From Gemmatimonadota bacterium (GTDB lineage Bacteria > Gemmatimonadota > Gemmatimonadetes > Gemmatimonadales > Gemmatimonadaceae), in assembly GCA_031372565.1 (NCBI GenBank), contig JANMLN010000162.1:1-30099 (forward strand): a stretch of 30,099 nucleotides of DNA, in the 5' to 3' direction. Position numbers and translations under genes: made by a program. This document shows positions 1-7,694 of the stretch, piece by piece. Each line of letters begins with the position of its first letter. Position 1 is the stretch's first letter. Under the pieces are notes generated by a model. The model did not search any database and was not told the DNA's origin. It worked only from the letters and a program-made list of their open reading frames with translations.

Positions 1-141
1 TCGAGTTCATTGATCGCTGGTACAATCTGGAGCGGCTGCATTCGTCGCTGGGCTATCGCTCCCCGATGCAGTACGAACGGTTCCTGCACGATCAGGCCGC
101 TGCGGCCTGAGTCACGTGTCCACTAAACCGGGGTAAGTCCA
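1..141 (+). mobile_element. Right end of an IS3-family insertion sequence (transposase C-terminus plus right inverted repeat); truncated by the window edge
   Basis: Frame from 3 reads EFIDRWYNLERLHSSLGYRSPMQYE...AAAA* (TGA 108-110), the typical YNxxRxHSSLGYxSPxxYE end of IS3 integrase-core transposases; 117-141 TGTCCACTAAACCGGGGTAAGTCCA ends in CA like an IS3 IRR. Confidence 0.9.
3..110 (+). CDS. IS3-family transposase, C-terminal fragment (5' part outside the window)
   Basis: Manual translation; RLHSSLGYRSP motif. Not in the ORF track. Confidence 0.9.
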   Translation, partial: EFIDRWYNLERLHSSLGYRSPMQYERFLHDQAAAA

Positions 142-437
142 TCCTGAGCGAAGCGAAGGATCTGCTTCTGAGCAACTCCACCACCCCTCCTGCCGGCGCC
201 TGCTGGACACGACCTCCGGTCGCCTCCAGCCAGGCGAACGAGCCGCCGCCTCGGCAACCGATCGCCACCGATCCGCTCACGCGCGCCGCCGCTCGTCCGC
301 GCGACCTCGCCCCCTGGTTCGAGGACCCCGTCCCGCACGAGTGCCCGCTCTGCGGCTCGGACCAGATCATCGAGCGCAGCTGCAAGGTGCTGTGCGGCAC
401 CTGCAAGTCGATCATCCAGTCCTGCGCGGACCTCTGA
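111..437 (+). pseudogene. Small CPxCG-type Cys-rich zinc-ribbon protein, no canonical start codon (5'-disrupted or non-canonical start)
   Basis: Open frame 111-437 ends ...HECPLCGSDQIIERSCKVLCGTCKSIIQSCADL*, six Cys from 342, with coding-like GC3; no in-frame ATG/GTG/TTG upstream of the Cys cluster. Confidence 0.6.
142..167 (+). repeat. REP-like repeat unit, 5'-truncated at the IS end
   Basis: TCCTGAGCGAAGCGAAGGATCTGCTT, near-identical to copies at 439-468, 490-519 (inverted) and 5833-5863, but lacking the leading GTCR. Confidence 0.85.
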
Positions 438-438
438 C

Positions 439-519
439 GTCGTCCTGAGCGAAGCGAAGGACCTGCTTCTTGTCTTTTGAGACGGGCACAAGCAGGTCCT
501 TCGCTGCGCTCAGGACGAC
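439..519. repeat. REP-like inverted pair forming a 30-bp-stem hairpin; possible bidirectional terminator
   Basis: GTCGTCCTGAGCGAAGCGAAGGACCTGCTT (439-468) and AAGCAGGTCCTTCGCTGCGCTCAGGACGAC (490-519), one mismatch; lies between convergent ORFs. Confidence 0.9.
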
Positions 520-521
520 AG

Positions 522-549
522 CACGCTCACGACAACACGCTCACGACAA
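522..549. repeat. 14-bp tandem duplication across the acyl-CoA dehydrogenase stop codon
   Basis: CACGCTCACGACAA at 522-535 and 536-549. Confidence 0.85.
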
Positions 550-2358
550 CGCGCGCTTCGCCAGCTCCCGGCGCTCATCAATCGTCCCGCGCGCCTCGTC
601 CATGATCGGGTCGGTCACCCAGTAGCCCGCCTCGGCGCGCACGATCGTCGCGATGTCCTTGCGCCGCGCATCCACCTCCTCCTCGCGCGTGTCCAGCGCG
701 TTGCGTGCGTGCCGGAACCACCGCCCCGCCTGGACGCAGAACAGGTCCGCGAGCGCCAGCTCCCGCTCGCACTGTTCGACGCCACGCTCCGCAATCAACG
801 ATTGCGTGCGACTCAACACGGCCGCCGTCGCGAACAGCTGGATCGCCATCTCGGCCAGCCGCTCGACCACCAGCTGTCGCTCGATGATCTGCTTCTTGTA
901 CTTCATGATCATCTCGTCGGTGGCGCGCTTCAGTTCCGCCACGTGCTTCTCGAGATACTTCCCGTGCTGCTGCAGCCGCGGGTGCAACGGCGTATCGATG
1001 CCGTCGCTCACGCCGAGCACTTCGCGCACACGATCGGCCGCGTAGCCACTCACGATCCCGAAGTTCTTGACCGGCGCCCGCATCGCACCGCCGATCTGCG
1101 CCAACCGTTCTGCCGGCCCCTGGATGCCCGTCAGCCCGATGAACAGCCGCATCACCTCGTTGGCCCCCTCGAAGATCCGCTGGATGCGCGCATCGCGAAG
1201 CCAGCGCTCGTACGGTGCCGGCTGGCAGTAGCCGCGCCCGCCGGCCACCTGCACCATCTCGTCACTGGCGCGCCAGATCAGCTCGCACGCGAACACCTTG
1301 CAGATCGCGGCCTCGAGCGCCCAGTCGTGCGTATCGCTGTCGATCCCGTGCGCGAGCAAGCCGAGCATCGCTTCGCTCGCATACGTCTCGGCGGCCAGAT
1401 GTGCCATCTTGCGCTGCGTGATCTCGAAGTTGGCCAGCGGCTGGCCGAACTGCACGCGCTGCTCCGCGTAGCGCGCCATCTCGCCGAGCAGCTCCTTGGC
1501 GCCGCCGGTGCACCCCGCCGCCAGCGTGAGCCGGCCACCGTTGAGCACATTGACCGCCACCGCGAACCCCTTGCCCACCTCACCGAGCACGTGGTCGGCC
1601 GGCACCTGGAGGTTGTCGTACACGAGGTCAGCCTGCGTGCTGCCGCGGATGCCCAGCTTCTTGAACGTGCCCATGATCTTGAAGCCGGGCATGTCGGGGC
1701 GAATGATGAACGCCGTGGGTCGACGCTTCTTCACGCCGTCGCGCATCACCTCGGTCTGCGCGAACGTGGCAATGACGCCGGCCCGGTGCGCGTTGCCGAT
1801 CCAGATCTTCCGCCCGTTCAGGCTCCATGAGCCGTCGGGGTTCTGCGCCGCGCGCGACACGATGTTCTGCGCGTCGCTCCCGGTCTCGGGCTCCGTGAGT
1901 GCATACGCCGCCAGCATCTTGCCCTTGGCGAGGTCCGGCAGGTAGCGCGCCTTCTGCGCGTCGTTGCCGAACAGCACGATGGCCTTGGAGCCGAGCCCGC
2001 AATGCACTCCCACCAGCACGCCGAGCGAGGCGTCGATGCTGGCCAACGTCGCGAAGACGCGGGCGTACGCAGTCGCCGAGAGGCCCAAGCCGCCGTATTC
2101 CTTGGGAATCGACAAGCCGAGCATCCCCATCTCGGCGAACGCGGTGATCACCGCCTCGGGCACGGTCTCGTCGGCGTCGATCTGCTCGGAGTGGATCAGA
2201 TCACCGTGCAGCGCGCGCAGGCCGTTGATCAGGCGGCGAACGACCGCCGCTTCACCGGGATCGCGTGCTTCGAGCGACGGGGGATACGGAAAGATTGCCG
2301 CGTCGAGGATCGCGCCCGCGTAGAGGCCGCGCGTGAAGGAAGGCTTGAGGTCGGTCAT
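541..2358 (-). CDS. Acyl-CoA dehydrogenase (VLCAD/ACAD9-like, with C-terminal extension)
   Basis: 605 aa; YALTEPETGSDA, LNGRKIWIGN, KLGIRGS, RVQFG, QVAGGRGY, RDARIQRIFEGANEV motifs. Confidence 0.95.
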   Translation of the reverse strand: MTDLKPSFTRGLYAGAILDAAIFPYPPSLEARDPGEAAVVRRLINGLRALHGDLIHSEQIDADETVPEAVITAFAEMGMLGLSIPKEYGGLGLSATAYARVFATLASIDASLGVLVGVHCGLGSKAIVLFGNDAQKARYLPDLAKGKMLAAYALTEPETGSDAQNIVSRAAQNPDGSWSLNGRKIWIGNAHRAGVIATFAQTEVMRDGVKKRRPTAFIIRPDMPGFKIMGTFKKLGIRGSTQADLVYDNLQVPADHVLGEVGKGFAVAVNVLNGGRLTLAAGCTGGAKELLGEMARYAEQRVQFGQPLANFEITQRKMAHLAAETYASEAMLGLLAHGIDSDTHDWALEAAICKVFACELIWRASDEMVQVAGGRGYCQPAPYERWLRDARIQRIFEGANEVMRLFIGLTGIQGPAERLAQIGGAMRAPVKNFGIVSGYAADRVREVLGVSDGIDTPLHPRLQQHGKYLEKHVAELKRATDEMIMKYKKQIIERQLVVERLAEMAIQLFATAAVLSRTQSLIAERGVEQCERELALADLFCVQAGRWFRHARNALDTREEEVDARRKDIATIVRAEAGYWVTDPIMDEARGTIDERRELAKRALS

Positions 2359-2428
2359 GGAGCGAAAGCTGGTGCCGCGCGCACTGCCGGAAAAGCGGCA
2401 CGCGCGGCCCGTCTTGCGGTGCGATCGG

Positions 2429-2902
2429 CTACGGCACCACCGATACTGGCAGCACGGCGTCGAAGTCGGTGTGGTTCTCCACCGTGTGGAACAGCGACAT
2501 CGGCACGTTGGTGCTCGCCGTCAGGTTGGCGCCCGTCATGGTGCCCGTGTGCTTCTGGCCCGACGCGAGCACGAAGGAGAGCCCTGAACCGCTCGGCGGG
2601 GCGAAGCGCGCTTCGAATGCGGCATCGGTCATCACGGCATCCGGCGCGCCGGCGGCGTTGAGCCAGGTGATCCGGATGATGGTCGTCTGGTTGCGCGTGA
2701 GCTGCAGCGGCCCGCCCGTGGCGCCGCTGGGGGTCACGGTCACGGTCTGGGTCACGGCGCCCGTGCCGTCGAGCCGCTCGACGCGAGCGGACACCACCGT
2801 CACGTTCTCGTCGGAGTGACTATCAGAGCAGGCGCCTGCGAACAGAAGCGCAGCGGTGAGCGACGCGACTCGCGCGGTGCGGGACAACGTGGATGCGGTC
2901 AT
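2429..2902 (-). CDS. Putative lipoprotein partner of the TonB-dependent receptor, 157 aa
   Basis: Start reassigned to ATG 2902 (GAGGT SD upstream); signal peptide ending LLFAGAC, then SDSHSDE; C-terminal LFHTVENHTDF. Confidence 0.8.
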   Translation of the reverse strand: MTASTLSRTARVASLTAALLFAGACSDSHSDENVTVVSARVERLDGTGAVTQTVTVTPSGATGGPLQLTRNQTTIIRITWLNAAGAPDAVMTDAAFEARFAPPSGSGLSFVLASGQKHTGTMTGANLTASTNVPMSLFHTVENHTDFDAVLPVSVVP

Positions 2903-2954
2903 GGCAACCTCAAGCAAGGGAGTGTGCGAACGGTGAACGACATCGCGGCCAGAC

Positions 2955-5237
2955 TCAGAACGCGAGCCGGTACAGCACGGACAGATTCCGCCCCACTTCG
3001 GGGAGTACCACCTTGGTCCGGGCAAGGTGGTCGCGGTACAGCGTGTTGCCGGCATTGTCGAGCCGGACGGTGATCGTGTGGAGCTGCGCGCCGATCAGCA
3101 GGCGCGTGCCGATGGAGAGGTTGAGGACGCGATAGCCGTCCGTCGCGCGCTCGAAGTCGCCGGTCCGGTCCTGCGCGGCGGCGGCGCGTACGGTGACGCC
3201 GGCAAAGAACCGGCTCGACTCCCAGCGTGCGCCCACGCTCCCCTGCAGCGGCGGCACCCACGGCAGCCAGCGCGAAGCCGGACCGGCCGGAAACGAATCC
3301 GTCGGCGTGCGCACGGTCGGCACCGAGTCGCGCAGCGTCACGTCCGTGCGTTCGCCGCTCACGTACGACGCCGTGCCCTCGAGCACCCACGACGCACCCA
3401 GCGAGAGGGTGACCGCCCCTTCCATGCCCGTGAACCGCGCGGCCGCGTTCCGGTATTGGAACTTGGGTGCGAACCCCTGCCGCCCCGTCTCCCCCGTGTT
3501 CTCGGCGAAGATGAAATCGGTGAGCGTGTTGCGGTACGCGCTCACTTCCGCCTGCAACGGGCCACGATCCACGCGCACGAAGAGGTCCGCGCCGAGTCCC
3601 GTCTCCTGCCGGATGCCCGGGTTGCCCACGTCGTACGAATAGGCCGCGAGATGCGGGCCGTCGGAGTAGAGCTCGTTGAAATCCGGCGTGCGGAAGGCGC
3701 GCCCCACGCTCGCACCCACGCGCAGCCCGTCCACCGGTTGCACGAACGCCCCCATCGAGGCGCTCGCGGCGGCGAACTGTCGATTCCGCACCGGCACGAA
3801 CGCACCCCCCACCTCGACCGTGCGGCGCGGATCCAGCGGTGTGTACGAGGCGACGTCGTAGCGCACACCGGCCTGACCACGCACCATGCCGGTGCCGTAC
3901 TCCTGGACGGCGAACCCCGCCAGCGAGAGGTCGCGCGTGTCCGTGGCGCGATTGGCGCCACCCACATTGATCTGGCGCAGCTGGGCGCGCATGCCGACCG
4001 CGCCCGACGAAGCGAGCCCCCACGCGCCGTGGCGTGCCACCCCTTCCAGTGCCGCCAGCTGCTGCTGGTACGACACGGTCACGCGACCGGGGGCGCCGAG
4101 CTCGTCGTGGGCGTAGAAGGTGTACTGCGCGTTGCTGCGAATGGAGGTGAAAGGCCCGATCGCCACGTGCCGCTCCGCATCGCCGCGAACGCTGACGCGC
4201 CGCATCTCGATGTCCACGCCGTTCGGGTGTGCGCCCGTGAAGCCGCCCGGCAGTCCATAGGTGCTCACGTAGCCGCGCACGGCCACCCCCACGTGGCCGT
4301 CCGGGCCCACGCGCGACGCGCCGATGGCCAGTCCGTGAGTCGAGAGGCGCGTGTTCCCCATCGTGCCTTCCGGCGTGCGAAGGTCGCCCGCCTGACGCGA
4401 GGAGCCTTCGACGCGCACCGCCGTCGTCCCGAGGCGCGTCGACAGCACGCCGGTGACGCTGCCACCGGGCTGTGCCGAACTCCCCTGTACCGTGATCGCG
4501 CCATGCGCGTCGTCGGGGAGCGAGGTCGGCACCACGTCCTGCACCACGTTGACGACGCCACCCAGCGCGCTCGAGCCGTACAGCAGCGACATCGGGCCGC
4601 GCACGACCTCGATCTGCTTGGCCGACGCCGGTTCGATCGCGGTCGCGTGGTCGGCCGACATCGCGCTCATGTCACCCGGACGCAGGCCGTCCTCGAGCAC
4701 GAGCACGCGGTCGCCGCTCAAGCCGCGCAGCACCGGTCGCGCCGTGGCCGGTCCCATCGATGTCGCCGTGAACCCGGGCGTTCCGGCGAGCGTCGCACTC
4801 ACCGTCGCTTCCAGCCGCCGATCCAGCGCCGCGCCCGAGACGACCGTCGTCGGATTGAGGGCATCCACGCTTGCGCGCTCGTCGACGGCGCCCGTGACCA
4901 CTGCGGTCGCGAGCTGCATGGCGGACCGCACCAGCGTCACCGTGACGGCGAGCGGTGCCGCCGCGACCACCGTTCCGCGCACCGTCTGCCCCGCAAAGCC
5001 GATGCGCTGCACGATCAACGTCACGGGCCCCTCCGGCACCTCCGCAAAGCGGAACCGGCCGTCCTCGTGCGTGGTCACCTCCCGGTGATACTCGAGCAAG
5101 CGCACGCGCGCGAACGCGGTCGGCCCGCCGGACGCCGAGTCGCGGACGAGCCCCGCGATCGCGCCGCGTGGTGCCTGGGCGTTGGCGCCGCCGGTGAACA
5201 CGGCCAGCCCGACGAATGCTGCAAGAACTCGACGCAT
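2955..5237 (-). CDS. TonB-dependent receptor, ZnuD-like metal-uptake type, with N-terminal carboxypeptidase-regulatory-like domain
   Basis: 760 aa; signal peptide, TonB box VVTG, plug PVLRGLSGDRVLVLEDG...DMSAMSADHA...IEVVRGPMSLLYGSSALGGVVN, ELYSDGPHLA, terminal Phe (YRLAF). Confidence 0.93.
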   Translation of the reverse strand: MRRVLAAFVGLAVFTGGANAQAPRGAIAGLVRDSASGGPTAFARVRLLEYHREVTTHEDGRFRFAEVPEGPVTLIVQRIGFAGQTVRGTVVAAAPLAVTVTLVRSAMQLATAVVTGAVDERASVDALNPTTVVSGAALDRRLEATVSATLAGTPGFTATSMGPATARPVLRGLSGDRVLVLEDGLRPGDMSAMSADHATAIEPASAKQIEVVRGPMSLLYGSSALGGVVNVVQDVVPTSLPDDAHGAITVQGSSAQPGGSVTGVLSTRLGTTAVRVEGSSRQAGDLRTPEGTMGNTRLSTHGLAIGASRVGPDGHVGVAVRGYVSTYGLPGGFTGAHPNGVDIEMRRVSVRGDAERHVAIGPFTSIRSNAQYTFYAHDELGAPGRVTVSYQQQLAALEGVARHGAWGLASSGAVGMRAQLRQINVGGANRATDTRDLSLAGFAVQEYGTGMVRGQAGVRYDVASYTPLDPRRTVEVGGAFVPVRNRQFAAASASMGAFVQPVDGLRVGASVGRAFRTPDFNELYSDGPHLAAYSYDVGNPGIRQETGLGADLFVRVDRGPLQAEVSAYRNTLTDFIFAENTGETGRQGFAPKFQYRNAAARFTGMEGAVTLSLGASWVLEGTASYVSGERTDVTLRDSVPTVRTPTDSFPAGPASRWLPWVPPLQGSVGARWESSRFFAGVTVRAAAAQDRTGDFERATDGYRVLNLSIGTRLLIGAQLHTITVRLDNAGNTLYRDHLARTKVVLPEVGRNLSVLYRLAF

Positions 5238-5360
5238 GAGAACGAACCGCGCTCGCGCACAACGAGCGTGCGCGCGCGACAGAAGCGGGATGTGGGAACC
5301 TTCAGCGCGCCAGAAGGGGCGCGCGGGGCTCGGACGCTCAGGCGTCCGGCGTACGCAGGG

Positions 5361-5705
5361 TCAGCGCTGCGGCGGGGCGCGCGACGACGCGATGCCGCGC
5401 TCGCGCGACACCGGGTGCTGCCTGGCCGACACGATCGCGCCGTGGACCGGCGCCTGCCCGAACCACGCGCTCAGCCGCGGAGTCGGCGTGGACAGCGCAC
5501 GCAGCTGATGGCACCAAGCGCAACGCGCATGGTCGTGTACCGCGTGCGCCGGATCCTGACTGGGCGCCTCGACGTGCGCGACGCGGAACGTCTTCGCTCC
5601 CTCTGCCCGCGCTTCCGCGAACGGCACGGCCAGCGCCCCGACTCCCCACGCGCCGAGCGCGAGGAAGCCGAGGACCAACCGGAGGGTGCGGAACGCGCGG
5701 AGCAT
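5361..5705 (-). CDS. DUF2946/CruR-like leader protein (signal peptide, His-rich CxxC, C-terminal RAPP arrest motif), 114 aa
   Basis: MLRAFRTLRLVLGFLALGAWGVGALAVPFAEA...HAVHDHARCAWCH...SSRAPPQR*; co-directional and 123 bp upstream of the TonB receptor. Confidence 0.8.
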   Translation of the reverse strand: MLRAFRTLRLVLGFLALGAWGVGALAVPFAEARAEGAKTFRVAHVEAPSQDPAHAVHDHARCAWCHQLRALSTPTPRLSAWFGQAPVHGAIVSARQHPVSRERGIASSRAPPQR

Positions 5706-5712
5706 CGGTCGG

Positions 5713-5718
5713 ATACTA
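5713..5718 (-). promoter_or_regulatory. Possible -10 box for a leaderless transcript
   Basis: TAGTAT on the minus strand, 7 nt before ATG 5705; no SD present. Confidence 0.45.
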
Positions 5719-5816
5719 GTAGCCCTGCCTACGGGCGCAAAGCGGGGCGCACCGCGGTTCCCGCCCTGCGGGGCCGCGCGGTTGAGTTGGACTGTCCGGC
5801 GGGGCAACTTACGGCG

Positions 5817-5863
5817 GTCATCCTGAGCCGACTGTCAGCCTGAGCGCAGCGAAGGATCTGCTT
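5817..5863 (+). repeat. REP-like repeat: partial copy followed by a full copy
   Basis: GTCATCCTGAGC (5817-5828) then TGTCAGCCTGAGCGCAGCGAAGGATCTGCTT (5833-5863). Confidence 0.8.
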
Positions 5864-5926
5864 CCCGCCGGTCCCCCAGCCGCGCCTTCTCCGTGCTCCG
5901 GACGACCCTCCTCCTACACCCCCTTC

Positions 5927-7309
5927 GTGGCCGCTGCGCCTCGCACCACCCCCAGTCACACGCCGTCCCACGGGGGCGACGCGCTGCCGGGCGCTCCCAC
6001 CTTCCTGCCGAATCCGAGGCGCATCCTCTGGCCCACGGTCGTGACGGTGGTGCTGCTGCTCCCCGGCCTGTATCCGCTGCCCGCCCTGCGTGATGCCCTG
6101 AACGGGCTCGCCTTCGACGGTGGCCGGATCGTGGTGTCGACCTGGTACCTGCGCTTCGCCCCCATCTTCAACCTGCTCGACGCACTGTCGCTCCTCACGT
6201 TGCCGCAGCACTACGGCGTCATCGGTACGGTGCTGCTCTGGTGGGCGTTCTGGCGAGCGCGCTCCCGCTTCCGCAGTGCGCAACCGCCCGCCTGGCCGTG
6301 GGAGCTCGCCGGGGTCATCGGCGTTCTCGCGGCCATCGTGAGCGTCTACGCCGCCGGTATCCTGCTGCCACGCCCCATGGCACGGCTGCAGGTCTTCGAT
6401 CCCGAACTCGTCGTCGTCGACTTCCACTCGCACACCCTCGCGTCGCACGATGGACGCCGCGGCTTCGACGTCGAGCAGAACCGTGCCTGGCACGCGGACG
6501 CCGGCTACCACGTCAGCTACGTCACGGACCATCTGTCCAGCCAAGGGGCGCCGAGCTGGCGCGAGATCGAGAAGGGGCTCGCGGCAAACCCTGCGCGCGC
6601 CGGCGAACGCACCATCATTGCGGCCGGCATCGAGGCGCACTCCAACGGGACGCACGTCAACGTGCTCGGCGCACGCGCGGTCGACCTCGCACTCTTCGGT
6701 CCCGCCGATCACCTCAAGGCCGGCGCGCGCCTCGCCTCAGGCGCCATCCCCGTGGTGCTGCAGACGATTCCCGCCAACCTCGACTGGTTCGCGCACGACG
6801 GGATCGACTCGGTCACCCCCACGATCGCCATCGAGGTGAACGACGCCGCCCCCCGCGGCCTCGCGCAGAATCTCCGCGATCGTCCGCGCATCCTGCGCAT
6901 GGTCGACTCGCTCAACCTCGCCCCCGTGGCCGCGAGTGACAATCACGGCTGGGGCCGCACGGCCGCTGCCTGGAGCCTCGTCCGCATTCCGGGCTGGCGC
7001 AACCTGCCGCCCGACTCGCTCGCGGCGCACATCGAGGAGATCGTGCGCACGCGGCGGCGCTTCGCCGTGCGCACGATCGAGCGTCGCACGCCACAGGTGG
7101 GCCCGCCGGTGAGCGAGCTGTTCTTCACCGTACCGGCCTTGCTCTACGAACTGAACGCGAGCATCTCGGCGATGGAGCGGCTCTCGTGGATCATCTGGAT
7201 CTGGGGCCTCGCGTTCATCGGGCCATGGCTCCGCTTCGTCTTCGTGCGCCGACTCGCCATCCGCCGCAGTACCCGCGACGCCGCGGACGCGGCACAGGGC
7301 CCCCGATAG
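5927..7309 (+). CDS. Membrane-anchored PHP-domain (phosphoesterase-like) protein
   Basis: 460 aa; N- and C-terminal hydrophobic helices; PHP motifs DFHSHT-x2-SHDG, VTDH, GIE-x6-H, ASDNHG. Confidence 0.8.
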   Translation: MAAAPRTTPSHTPSHGGDALPGAPTFLPNPRRILWPTVVTVVLLLPGLYPLPALRDALNGLAFDGGRIVVSTWYLRFAPIFNLLDALSLLTLPQHYGVIGTVLLWWAFWRARSRFRSAQPPAWPWELAGVIGVLAAIVSVYAAGILLPRPMARLQVFDPELVVVDFHSHTLASHDGRRGFDVEQNRAWHADAGYHVSYVTDHLSSQGAPSWREIEKGLAANPARAGERTIIAAGIEAHSNGTHVNVLGARAVDLALFGPADHLKAGARLASGAIPVVLQTIPANLDWFAHDGIDSVTPTIAIEVNDAAPRGLAQNLRDRPRILRMVDSLNLAPVAASDNHGWGRTAAAWSLVRIPGWRNLPPDSLAAHIEEIVRTRRRFAVRTIERRTPQVGPPVSELFFTVPALLYELNASISAMERLSWIIWIWGLAFIGPWLRFVFVRRLAIRRSTRDAADAAQGPR

Positions 7310-7683
7310 TGTCCTGGTTCGCGATCGCGCTCGGCGGCGCTGCCGGCTCGGTGCTGCGCCATGCCGTGGGACTGTGGGTCCAGCGCGGGATCCCCGGCTT
7401 TCCCTGGGGCACCTTTGTCATCAACGTGTCCGGGTCCTTTCTCCTCGGCCTGCTCGCGCGCGGGCTGAGCGGTGACGCGGTCAACCCCACCGCACGTGCC
7501 GCCCTCACCATCGGCCTGTGCGGCGGCTACACCACCTTCAGCACCTTCAGCTTCGAGACCATGCGCCTCATCGAGGACGGTCTCGCCGGACGTGCGGCGC
7601 TGTACATCGTTGCCTCCGTGCTCCTCTCCCTTGCGGCCATCTTCGCCGGTGCGGCGCTCGCACGCGTCGTCGTTGGCCGCTGA
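7309..7683 (+). CDS. crcB: Fluoride efflux channel CrcB/FluC, 124 aa
   Basis: GTG overlaps the upstream TAG; GGAAGSVLR, FPWGTFVINVSGSFLLG, GLCGGYTTFSTFSFE motifs. Confidence 0.95.
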   Translation: MSWFAIALGGAAGSVLRHAVGLWVQRGIPGFPWGTFVINVSGSFLLGLLARGLSGDAVNPTARAALTIGLCGGYTTFSTFSFETMRLIEDGLAGRAALYIVASVLLSLAAIFAGAALARVVVGR

Positions 7684-7694
7684 GCCCTCCGCCC

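Noticed and set aside
142..519. REP copies as a CRISPR array
   Set aside because: Irregular spacing, one copy inverted, no cas genes.
5507..5525. CAWCH as a c-type heme attachment site
   Set aside because: The context (His-rich CxxC, Pro linker, terminal RAPP, upstream of a TonB receptor) fits a DUF2946-like leader better, and there is no room for a cytochrome fold; not strictly excluded.
3027..5843. 938-aa plus-strand ORF and other long shadow ORFs (7527-9710, 14835-16679, 18109-19887, 22110-24260)
   Set aside because: Antisense or off-frame to well-supported genes, Arg/Ala/Gly-rich with no motifs; expected at this GC content.
5706..5926. Fluoride riboswitch or Zur/Fur box upstream of the crcB and receptor operons
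   Set aside because: No GGCGATGG...GCTGATGAC-like pattern and no long AT-rich palindrome; only TACTAGTA and the REP copies.
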